Assembly: GCA_043816005.1 (NCBI GenBank)
Contig: JBDRIM010000080.1
Span: 1-26,478, forward strand
Length of the DNA: 26,478 nucleotides
Source: Candidatus Micrarchaeota archaeon
GTDB taxonomy: Archaea > Micrarchaeota > Micrarchaeia > Anstonellales > Bilamarchaeaceae
Direction: 5' to 3'
Below, piece by piece: positions 8,478-16,700 of the stretch; the first letter of the stretch is position 1; each line of letters opens with the position of its first letter. The notes beneath the pieces were generated by a model, which worked only from the letters and a program-made list of their open reading frames with translations, made no database searches and was not told where the DNA came from. The position numbers were made by a program, and so were the translations under genes.

Positions 8478-9218
8478 ATGATATTTGAAATTTTAATTTC
8501 AACAGTATTAGTAAGCCTTCTATCACTGATTGGAATTTTTTTAATTTTTCTAAATAAAAAAACAGTTGACAAATGGATGTTTGTAATTATAAGTTTGGCA
8601 GCAGGTGCGTTACTAGCAACAGTTTTTTATGAATTACTACCCGAAGCAATAGAAAACCTAGACTTACATAATGCACTCCCATTTACTTTGGCTGGTTTAG
8701 TATTTTTTTTCATATTGGAGAAAACAGTCCATTGGCATCATGGACACCAGCATCATCATGAGAAAAAGAAACCCGTCGCATATCTAATCATTGTTGGAGA
8801 TGGAATCCATAATTTCTTTGATGGTATCGCAATTGCAGCAAGTTATCTTGTTTCTTTTGAACTTGGAGTCACAACCACAATTGCAGTTGCCGTGCATGAG
8901 ATACCACATGAAATAAGTGATTTCGCAATGCTTCTGCACGGTGGATTCTCTAAAAAAATGGCATTGTTCTGGAATCTGGTGAGTGCACTCACAGCAGTTT
9001 TTGGAGGTTTGTTGTTTTTTTATTTTTCTAGTGTGATTGAAAATCTAAGTTATTATGGATTGGCATTTACCGCCGGAACGTTCATATACATTTCATGTGC
9101 TGCGCTTCTTCCGGAATTACACGAAGAAACAGACGTAAAAAAATCAATAATACAAATAATTGGAATTGTTTTGGGTGCATTGATAATTATGTTGATGGTA
9201 TCAGGACATTCACATTAG
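8478..9218 (+). CDS. ZIP (ZupT/Zrt/Irt) family divalent metal transporter
   Basis: About 8 TM helices, GDGIHNFFDG and HEIPHE motifs, His-rich loop HWHHGHQHHH. The ATG at 8478 is preferred over 8445, which lies inside the dyad. Confidence 0.93.
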   Translation: MIFEILISTVLVSLLSLIGIFLIFLNKKTVDKWMFVIISLAAGALLATVFYELLPEAIENLDLHNALPFTLAGLVFFFILEKTVHWHHGHQHHHEKKKPVAYLIIVGDGIHNFFDGIAIAASYLVSFELGVTTTIAVAVHEIPHEISDFAMLLHGGFSKKMALFWNLVSALTAVFGGLLFFYFSSVIENLSYYGLAFTAGTFIYISCAALLPELHEETDVKKSIIQIIGIVLGALIIMLMVSGHSH

Positions 9219-9373
9219 CAAAATTCACAAACGCCTGATTCTGCTCCCTTCTTTTTATAATCTTGATAATGTTGCGGACCACAAAAATATGCTTTGATCC
9301 CTACAAGATTCTGCTTTTCGATCCATTTTGTCGAATTAGTCGTTCCACAAACTAGACATTTTTTTTCAGACAT
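9215..9373 (-). CDS. Small Cys/His metal-binding protein (TRASH/YHS-like), 52 aa, absent from the ORF track
   Basis: MSEKKCLVCGTTNSTKWIEKQNLVGIKAYFCGPQHYQDYKKKGAESGVCEFC*. GGTGA RBS upstream. Stop overlaps the ZIP stop. Confidence 0.8.
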   Translation of the reverse strand: MSEKKCLVCGTTNSTKWIEKQNLVGIKAYFCGPQHYQDYKKKGAESGVCEFC

Positions 9374-9518
9374 GAGCATCACCAGGACTGGAATTAGATC
9401 TTATATGTTAATATTAGTTTTGATTTTTTGCCTGGACTTTAACAAGTAAGTTTTGGTTCTTTTAATAATCAATTTTGGTTCCGCTTCCCTATTATTCTTT
9501 TCCAATTTTTGGCATGTG

Positions 9519-9562
9519 TTTTTAACAAACTAGTTTTGATCCAACTTTTCCTAAAAGTTGGA
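9519..9562 (-). repeat. Dispersed palindromic repeat, copy B
   Basis: Minus strand TCCAACTTTT-AGG-AAAAGTTGGA-TCAAAACTAGTTTGTTAAAA. Confidence 0.75.
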
Positions 9563-9588
9563 AAGAGTGGGAGGCGAAACCGCCTCAT

Positions 9589-9629
9589 AAAAAAATAAAC
9601 CAGGCGACCCTCCCTGATTTATCGCCTGG
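9589..9629 (-). terminator. Hairpin plus T-tract downstream of the 43-aa ORF
   Basis: CCAGGCGA/TCGCCTGG stem followed on the minus strand by TTTATTTTTTT. Confidence 0.5.
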
Positions 9630-9651
9630 ATTTCCCCATTGTAAAAGGTGA

Positions 9652-9783
9652 TTAAGATACATCAACAGCAATCATCACCTCCTTTGCGTATTCTATAAGC
9701 ATGTCAAAGAGCTCCTGTTCGCTTGAATCAAGCTCATTTCGATATTTTGATAATGAATTTATTTTTTGTTCAAATTCTTTCAT
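9652..9783 (-). CDS. Small helical hypothetical protein, 43 aa, absent from the ORF track
   Basis: MKEFEQKINSLSKYRNELDSSEQELFDMLIEYAKEVMIAVDVS*. GAGGTG RBS upstream, TATA box at about 9890-9898, terminator-like hairpin downstream. Confidence 0.6.
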   Translation of the reverse strand: MKEFEQKINSLSKYRNELDSSEQELFDMLIEYAKEVMIAVDVS

Positions 9784-9933
9784 GCCCACACCTCTTTTTT
9801 GTGAATATAACGAGGCCCGAGACGGGCCTCAACTGGTCGCACAACCGGGGAAACGTCCCCGACATTTACAGAGAGAAAAACCATTCAGCATATATAAAGA
9901 AGAGTAGACACCTCATTTCCGCAGGTGAAATTA

Positions 9934-10647
9934 TCAAAATTTTCTGAACGCATTCAACACATCGATGTTTTTCTGAGTATATTTTAACAGTAAATTTTCA
10001 TCCTCCTTGCTTAATTTATCAACAGCCATACCCCAATGTACTGCAATAATATCTCCTTTTTTGGGTTTTGTAAATTGCACACTATTACGTACAAGATCAA
10101 TAGTTGAGATTTTTCGATTGATGGTCAATTTACCATGCCCTGAGATAGAAAAACGATTTATTTTGGCTTTTTTTCCAGTAACTGATAAAATCTTACCAGA
10201 TGTAACGCAACAGGAATCAAAATTTTTTTTGGTTTTTGCCACTTTCTCAGTGACAAAATTCACATATAGAGAGTTAAAACTATGATGAGGAACTAATCCT
10301 TTTGGGAGGTTCCTGGCCAAAAATTTTCCACGGACAGAGTTTTTAGGAAAGAGATTATTTGTGAGAAATTTTTGTAATGAATTGTATGGAACATTTTCAA
10401 GTAAAGAATTCCCAATCCAAAATGCATTGACAACGTCTAAATCAAATGGTTTTAGATTATTTTCACGTGCAATAAGAGAAAGGTAAGCATAGTGTGCTTT
10501 GAATTTTTTTAATTCTCTTTCAAGTTTTTTAGTTGTTTTTCCTCTATTCAAACAGGATTGAATGACGTTAGTAAAGGAATTCCCACCACAATAACCCAAA
10601 TTATTTGGTGGAAATGCATAACAACCAGAAAAAAGAGTACTGTCCAT
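9934..10647 (-). CDS. DUF6390-family protein with HypC-like C-terminus
   Basis: YAFPPNNLGYCG, VVNAFWIGNSLL, PHHSF, DSCCV..G and KGDIIAVHWGMAVDKLS motifs; hydrogenase neighbourhood. Confidence 0.85.
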   Translation of the reverse strand: MDSTLFSGCYAFPPNNLGYCGGNSFTNVIQSCLNRGKTTKKLERELKKFKAHYAYLSLIARENNLKPFDLDVVNAFWIGNSLLENVPYNSLQKFLTNNLFPKNSVRGKFLARNLPKGLVPHHSFNSLYVNFVTEKVAKTKKNFDSCCVTSGKILSVTGKKAKINRFSISGHGKLTINRKISTIDLVRNSVQFTKPKKGDIIAVHWGMAVDKLSKEDENLLLKYTQKNIDVLNAFRKF

Positions 10648-10713
10648 TTATCTCTATTCCAGGTGGTGAAGATTTAAAAATATTGGGTGTGGTAGTCAAA
10701 ATAGGTGACCATA

Positions 10714-11709
10714 ATGCAAGATGCCGCAAGAACTGTAGATCTAAGACGAAGACCGTTTGTTCCGCCAGTAGCAGCTGCTACAAAACCAAAGACCGAAGGA
10801 TTAGCAATAGCAATTGGTCCTGAAGAAAGAGAAAAATTTGTTTCAGCAGCTAAACGATATGATAATGCAACACCACAAACAGAAGACAGATTCGAAGCGA
10901 TGAGAGAATTTTTACCATTTTTGAGAACAATGCATAGAACACTTAGCCTAAAAGCAGCAGAAAGAGATGCAACAGAAGAGGATAGAGAGAGACATCAAAG
11001 AGTGATGGGTAAACTAAGAGAGATGATTGGAGAAATAAGAACAGGTTGTGAATCACATAGATATGAAATAAGGCAACTTGCATTCAGAATGTTATCAGAA
11101 AATGGACTTATTGGTGAAATAAGCAATCTTGCAAGAACGAATAAACATGAGGACATCAGAGAAAACGCAATAGCACATTTGATAGATGATATTGCAAAAA
11201 GCATGAAAGATGCTGTAGACCCGCAAACAGCACATGCAAATCGCACTTATTCAGTACGTGGTGATGGTGAAACATCACTAGTGACAATAGGAACAAGACC
11301 AAATTCATCAGATAGAAAACAAGCACAACTCGTAGTTTCACGGAAAAAGGATGGCCTATTGGATGTTGGAATAAATGCCATATATAGTGATGTTAGACAA
11401 CGAGTTGCTGAATATCTTGCAAATGCAAATGATTCACATCGTCTTCAAAGAATGAAAACAGAAACAAGGTATATGGATACAAAAATACTCATAACAGATC
11501 TTGCAAAAGCAATGCATAGTGAAAGGGCTGATACAGTAGCTCTTGTTGAAGCATGTATCCAGGAATATTTTGGAAGTGGAGGGGAAACACCACCACCTGT
11601 TGCAAATACAGGAAAAATATTACAATTTGCAAGAAAACCAGCTGATCCCGAAGTACCATTAGAATTATTGTTCAGGGATGGGAGACAACAAGAACAAAGA
11701 GTTGCCTAG
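10714..11709 (+). CDS. Orphan alpha-helical (HEAT-like) hypothetical protein
   Basis: 331-aa ORF with GGTGA RBS; repeated EIRQLA / DIRENAI / DVRQRVA helix starts. No family recognised. Confidence 0.7.
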   Translation: MQDAARTVDLRRRPFVPPVAAATKPKTEGLAIAIGPEEREKFVSAAKRYDNATPQTEDRFEAMREFLPFLRTMHRTLSLKAAERDATEEDRERHQRVMGKLREMIGEIRTGCESHRYEIRQLAFRMLSENGLIGEISNLARTNKHEDIRENAIAHLIDDIAKSMKDAVDPQTAHANRTYSVRGDGETSLVTIGTRPNSSDRKQAQLVVSRKKDGLLDVGINAIYSDVRQRVAEYLANANDSHRLQRMKTETRYMDTKILITDLAKAMHSERADTVALVEACIQEYFGSGGETPPPVANTGKILQFARKPADPEVPLELLFRDGRQQEQRVA

Positions 11710-12617
11710 GTTTGTTTAGAATTTATTGGTTGTTTTAGCAGATTTGATAGTTCACCCAATTTTATTGCGACTGCACAGCCAACTACTATTAGTAGAATAC
11801 TCAAAATATCACTAATAGAAATAATCGATTTTAGGAAAACCGCATTTAGCACCATTGTTACTATCCCTCCTAGTGTGAGGATTGCCGCGGCTTTTGCAAC
11901 TGGCAGGTATTTTAGAGCTGAATACCATGCTGAAACAAAACCAAACAACAAAAGAGATGTTAACGCCAACCATGGCAAAACTCCAGGCGTAAACGATAAA
12001 AGATCGCTAAAAGAGCCAGTAAAAAATAAGAAACAAAGAAGTACAATAGAACCAAATAGCATTCTTGAAACCATGACAGTACGAGGTGCAACTTCACTCA
12101 ACATCTTTCTAGATAATGTGTACTCCAATGCCCAAAGTAATGTTGCAAATAGCACAAGCACCTGACCTAACCCAAATGAAAGTTCACCAGAAACAAGCAA
12201 AGCATTCCCTGCAAGAATCAAAAATGCTGCAATAAGATCGTTCCTTTCTGGTTTTTCCTTAAGTATAAGGTAGCCAAAAACAGCTGCAAAAATGAATAAT
12301 GAACGGAATATAAATGAGCTGATTGCAGCGCCACCAAGTTTAAGTCCCCAAAAGAAAAGGGCAAATGGAACACTACCACCAATAATACCTATAAGAACAA
12401 GCATACCAATTTGTTTTCTCGACAGCTTTTTGAGATTTTTTAGTTCGTTTAATGCAAATGCAATGACAACAAGGAAGACAAGTGCGCCAACATTTTTCAA
12501 AGTCACATAAACAATAGGATCAGAAAGTTTTATTGCAAATCCATTGACAAAAACAGAAATACCACTGATAATAGCAGTAATTAAAGCTAACATAATGCCT
12601 TTTGAATAATCTTTCAT
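11706..12617 (-). CDS. DMT/EamA family transporter
   Basis: 10 TM helices in two repeats (GIMLALITAIISG; LFFWGLK..GYLILKEK; LVLFATLLWA..WYSALKY). ATG at 12617 (ORF-track start 12632 is an alternative). Confidence 0.9.
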   Translation of the reverse strand: MKDYSKGIMLALITAIISGISVFVNGFAIKLSDPIVYVTLKNVGALVFLVVIAFALNELKNLKKLSRKQIGMLVLIGIIGGSVPFALFFWGLKLGGAAISSFIFRSLFIFAAVFGYLILKEKPERNDLIAAFLILAGNALLVSGELSFGLGQVLVLFATLLWALEYTLSRKMLSEVAPRTVMVSRMLFGSIVLLCFLFFTGSFSDLLSFTPGVLPWLALTSLLLFGFVSAWYSALKYLPVAKAAAILTLGGIVTMVLNAVFLKSIISISDILSILLIVVGCAVAIKLGELSNLLKQPINSKQT

Positions 12618-12668
12618 AATTACTGTTCGCATAAAAGGATTTTAAACTCTGGCTAATAATCTCATTTA

Positions 12669-13160
12669 ATGAAAAAACTTAGTATAGGTTGGTTCACATT
12701 TACCTGTTGTGAGGATAGTTCCATACTATTCGTAGAACTTCTAAATAAAAATTATTTTGCTTGGAAAAAGGTCATTAATTTTAAATACTGCAAAATGCTG
12801 AAATCAAAGAATGTATTAGAAGATTTGGATGTTGCATTTGTGGAAGGTGCAATATCAAACGACAGAGATAAAGAAAAATTGCTTGAAATAAGGGCAAAAT
12901 CAAAGTATGTTGTTGCTATAGGAGCATGCGCATGTAGTGGGTACCCATCAGCACAGAGAAATAATTTTCCAGAACACGTCAAAGAAAAGATAAGACCATT
13001 CTTATACAAGTGGAATTTATATGAAAATGTTTTGAGGTTGGATGAAATAATTAAGGTTGACGACAAGGTGGATGGATGCCCAATGGTTGAAAGAACATTT
13101 CTGAACGTGCTTGATAAATACCTGAAGTTATTCAAAATTGGAGAGGAAAAAGATGCATAG
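12669..13160 (+). CDS. [NiFe] hydrogenase small subunit, short single-cluster form (group 3-like)
   Basis: FTCCEDS, DVAFVEGAI, VVAIGACACSG and VDGCP motifs. 163 aa with no medial/distal Fe-S domain. Confidence 0.9.
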   Translation: MKKLSIGWFTFTCCEDSSILFVELLNKNYFAWKKVINFKYCKMLKSKNVLEDLDVAFVEGAISNDRDKEKLLEIRAKSKYVVAIGACACSGYPSAQRNNFPEHVKEKIRPFLYKWNLYENVLRLDEIIKVDDKVDGCPMVERTFLNVLDKYLKLFKIGEEKDA

Positions 13161-14451
13161 CCAAAGTTTTGATATCACAATAAAAAATTTAAGTAAAATC
13201 GAGGGACACACTGACTTAGAAGTAGAGATAAAAAGAGGCGTGGTTGTACGTGCAAAACTCAAAATAGACGAAAATAAGCGATTCTTTAATGAGGCAGTTA
13301 TTGGAAAACCAGCATTAGGAGTTCACCAAATAGTTTCAAGAATATGTGGCACGTGTTCGATAGCGCATCTTTTAGGTTGTATAAATAGCGTTGAAAATGC
13401 CCTTGGGGTTAAACCATCAGAACAGACGATAAAACTTAGAGATCTGCTTCTTTATGGATTGAACATAAGAGATCATGCAATGCATCTTTACCTCTTTTGT
13501 CTTCCTGATATTTTTAATAAAGATTCTGTTTTGGATTTCGCAGATGAAGGATATGAACATGACCTTGTTCATAAGGCATTTGACATCAAATCTGCAGGAA
13601 ATGACCTTAGTATTATGATTGGGGGGAGAGCAGTACATTCACCATTCCCACAAGTTGGTGGATTCTTAAAACTGCCAAAAGCTGATGATGTAAAAAAAGT
13701 TGTAGAGATACTCAAAAGAATACGTCAGCCTGCAATTGAGTTTGTAGAAATATTCTACAAAGCCAAGTTCAAATTAGATACTGAAACCACTTATATTGCA
13801 TTAGTAAATGATAGATTTAGCTATCTTGGCGGCCATCTAATGACATCTGATGGGATTTGTATAGCTCAAAGAAACTTTCGAGACCATCTTCAAAAATTTG
13901 TAATACCATATTCACAGGCGCCTGGGTTTGAATATGCAGGTAAACCATATGTTGTAGGTGCTTTGGCAAGATTAAATATTAGCAAAGATACTCTTCATAA
14001 AAATACCAAAAAGGATTTGGCAAAATATTTGAAAGTTTTTCCTTCAAAAAATATATACCAAAATAATCTTGCACAGGCCATAGAGATAATTCATTGTATA
14101 GATAGCGCCATAGAGCTTCTTGAAGAAAGTGAATTCAAAGAAGAACCAAAACTTGTGATAACGCCAAAGAAATCAGAAGGGATTGGAGTTCTTGAAGCAC
14201 CAAGGGGGACCCTATATTACAACATAAAAATCGATGACGCCGGAAAGATTGAGTTCATTGACCTAGTTATACCAACGTCACAAAATCAAATAAAAATAGA
14301 CAAAGATATTGGTGCTTTGGTACAAGATAGACTTGACCGTGGAATGAAAAGAGAAGACATACCTCTTGAAATTGAAAAATTAATAAGAGCCTATGATCCA
14401 TGCATGAGTTGCGCTACTCACTTTTTGAAAGTAAAGTGGAAAGAACTCTAA
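13153..14451 (+). CDS. [NiFe] hydrogenase large subunit (group 3b-like)
   Basis: SKIEGH, L1 RICGTCSIAH, EAPRG, L2 RAYDPCMSCATH plus a 9-aa cleavable extension FLKVKWKEL. RBS GGAGAGG precedes the ATG at 13153. Confidence 0.95.
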   Translation: MHSQSFDITIKNLSKIEGHTDLEVEIKRGVVVRAKLKIDENKRFFNEAVIGKPALGVHQIVSRICGTCSIAHLLGCINSVENALGVKPSEQTIKLRDLLLYGLNIRDHAMHLYLFCLPDIFNKDSVLDFADEGYEHDLVHKAFDIKSAGNDLSIMIGGRAVHSPFPQVGGFLKLPKADDVKKVVEILKRIRQPAIEFVEIFYKAKFKLDTETTYIALVNDRFSYLGGHLMTSDGICIAQRNFRDHLQKFVIPYSQAPGFEYAGKPYVVGALARLNISKDTLHKNTKKDLAKYLKVFPSKNIYQNNLAQAIEIIHCIDSAIELLEESEFKEEPKLVITPKKSEGIGVLEAPRGTLYYNIKIDDAGKIEFIDLVIPTSQNQIKIDKDIGALVQDRLDRGMKREDIPLEIEKLIRAYDPCMSCATHFLKVKWKEL

Positions 14452-14803
14452 CTACGCCATCAAACGCTTTTTTTTCATTATAATCAACAGGAACTGCGAT
14501 TATATTCACACTATCAATTATTTTGATTTTTTTAAGTATCCTCAATGTAACTGAAAGGTCAAAATCATGCATCGAATATGCATGAGTTGTTTCGAGGTCA
14601 TTAAGACCATCCAAAAGTGTCACATTTTCTATTCCTTTTGCAACATCAAGGATAATCAGATTCCTTCCTTCTGATTCAAGGTTTTCGGCACTATCAAATT
14701 CCTTGAATTCAACATCTGGAAATTTTTTGGAGAGTGACTTGATCAATTTTAGGGCAAGAGAATCTTCCTTAACTAAATAATTACCAAATACTAAAACCCT
14801 CAT
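14414..14803 (-). CDS. Hydrogenase maturation endopeptidase (HycI/HybD-like)
   Basis: VLVFGNYLVKEDS, IILDVA and SMHDFDL (metal-ligand Glu/Asp, Asp, His). ATG at 14803. Confidence 0.85.
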   Translation of the reverse strand: MRVLVFGNYLVKEDSLALKLIKSLSKKFPDVEFKEFDSAENLESEGRNLIILDVAKGIENVTLLDGLNDLETTHAYSMHDFDLSVTLRILKKIKIIDSVNIIAVPVDYNEKKAFDGVVRVLSTLLSKSE

Positions 14804-14854
14804 TAGAATAAAATTAATGGCTGGAATTAAAAAAGATGATGGATATAAAGCATC

Positions 14855-15718
14855 ATGCACACGCCAGATGGATTTCTAACGAGTTGGATTTGTGTCTTGT
14901 TTATGCTGTTGTCAGTAATACCAATAGCTTTAGCATTCAAAAATTTAAGAAAAAATATTTCAAATTCGAAAATTATGGCGATAGCAACAGTTTCAGCAGT
15001 TATATTTCTTGCACAGATGCTTAATTTTCCAATCGCAGACGGCACAAGCGGTCATTTGATAGGAGCTACACTTGCCCTATTGATTCTCGGAGTTGATGGT
15101 GCAGTAATTTCCATGACCATTGTTCTTCTGATCCAAACCATTGTTTTTGGAGATGGAGGTGTGCTTGCGCTTGGAACAAATATATTCAATATGGGAATTG
15201 TGGGAGTGTATGCAGCAAATTTTGCCATGAACAAATTACAAATAAATGAACTGGCAAAAAGATTTGTAGCTTCGTGGTTCTCGGTTTTGGCCGCTTCTAT
15301 TGCTTGTACGGTAGAGTTGGCATTAAGTGGAACAGTAAGCTTTTTGCCTGCTTTAATTGCAATGGCAATAACCCATGCAATAATTGGTATAAGTGAAGGA
15401 CTGATAACTGTAGCTTTTTCAATATTCACAAATAGATTACAAAACTTAACATGGAAAGCTGCATTGGTAGGGACGGGCATATCATTTTTGATAGTTGCCC
15501 TGGTTTTACCTTTTGCATCAGAACATCCAGATGGCCTTGAAAAAGTGGCAATAAATCTTGGTTTCTTTAAAGCTGCAACGGAATTTTACAGTGCTCCGAT
15601 TGTTGAGTATATGGTAGTAGGTACTAGTGCTGCATTTGGTGGTGTGTTGGCTGCTCTAATAGGTGTGATTAGTGTTTTCGGATCAAGTTGCGTGGTTGGG
15701 ACCATGATAAAAGCGTAA
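14855..15718 (+). CDS. nikMN: ECF nickel/cobalt transporter S component, NikM/CbiM fused to PDGLE (NikN) domain
   Basis: N-terminal MHTPDGFL metal site, AQMLNFPI.DGTSGHLIG, FGDGGVLALG.NIFNMG and ASEHPDGLEKVA. Confidence 0.9.
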   Translation: MHTPDGFLTSWICVLFMLLSVIPIALAFKNLRKNISNSKIMAIATVSAVIFLAQMLNFPIADGTSGHLIGATLALLILGVDGAVISMTIVLLIQTIVFGDGGVLALGTNIFNMGIVGVYAANFAMNKLQINELAKRFVASWFSVLAASIACTVELALSGTVSFLPALIAMAITHAIIGISEGLITVAFSIFTNRLQNLTWKAALVGTGISFLIVALVLPFASEHPDGLEKVAINLGFFKAATEFYSAPIVEYMVVGTSAAFGGVLAALIGVISVFGSSCVVGTMIKA

Positions 15719-15749
15719 AAATATAAGTTAATACGTGGTGAAACTTGTA

Positions 15750-16700
15750 ATGGTACTTTGTATAATCGCATTTTTTGTATTTGCAGTGATGTCAATCTTC
15801 TCAGCTAAATATCGTCCATTAGCAAGAGAAGGCCTAAAGTGTGTCTTTAAAACATTAACACTAAAACCATGCGATACTGGGCTAGATGATAGAATCAAAG
15901 CAAAATTAGTGTCCGGGTTACTTAAATTTTCACCTGGCGCTGCTAGATTACTCAATAAACAGTTCGTAGTTTTCTCTTGGCTTTTTGTTATTTTAACTGT
16001 TGCAAGTTTTGCTTATACAGTATATGGTTTCTATAATTTCTATGTTTATGGAAATTGTGATGGTCCTGGAAGCACAAACAGTTGCGTACTCAATGATATT
16101 ACTGGGGACTATGGAAGATTTAGCGAACCAACAGACTTGATAGCACCAACCTCATATAATGGAATAAATAGCGGGAATCAAAATGCCAGTCTTGTTATTG
16201 TTGAATTTGGGTGTTTTACTTGTCCATACACTAAAAAGGCTGAAACAGTAGTAAATGAATTAATGAACGAGTATGATGGAGAAATTTATTATGTATTTAA
16301 ACCATTCCCACTACCAAACCATGATTACAGTTCGGATGCAGCAAATGCAGTTTTGTGTGCAAGAGACCAGGGAAAGCATTTTGAATTCCAAAAAGAGATA
16401 TTTAGACAACAGGATGTTTGCACCACCGATGGAATAATTGCAATAAAAAATATAGCTGAGGATGTAGGATTGAATATGACTGAATTCAACAGATGCTATG
16501 ATAACAATGAAACTGAAGAAGAACTTGCAGAATATGTGCAACAAGGTAAAGATGCACATATATACGCAACACCAACATTCTTCATAAATGGAAAACCAGT
16601 AATTGGACCAAAAACATTAGATCAGATGAAATGTGAGATAGAAAAAAGAGACAGTTTGGTAAAAGAAGTTGGTTGTCTATTTGGACAGTGGTGGAAATGA
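15750..16700 (+). CDS. Membrane Cys-containing domain fused to a DsbA/thioredoxin-fold domain
   Basis: Two TM segments and CVFK..LKPCDTG, then IVEFGCFTCPYT, FPLPNH and cis-Pro ATPTFFING. GGTGA RBS favours ATG 15750 (ORF track starts at GTG 15735). Confidence 0.85.
   Translation: MVLCIIAFFVFAVMSIFSAKYRPLAREGLKCVFKTLTLKPCDTGLDDRIKAKLVSGLLKFSPGAARLLNKQFVVFSWLFVILTVASFAYTVYGFYNFYVYGNCDGPGSTNSCVLNDITGDYGRFSEPTDLIAPTSYNGINSGNQNASLVIVEFGCFTCPYTKKAETVVNELMNEYDGEIYYVFKPFPLPNHDYSSDAANAVLCARDQGKHFEFQKEIFRQQDVCTTDGIIAIKNIAEDVGLNMTEFNRCYDNNETEEELAEYVQQGKDAHIYATPTFFINGKPVIGPKTLDQMKCEIEKRDSLVKEVGCLFGQWWK

Noticed and set aside
9701..9947. Plus-strand ORFs 9701-9907 and 9723-9947
   Set aside because: Antisense to the better-supported minus-strand unit, with no RBS and atypical composition.
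14389..14421. Selenocysteine ([NiFeSe]) recoding
   Set aside because: Both L2 cysteines are TGC codons and there is no in-frame TGA.
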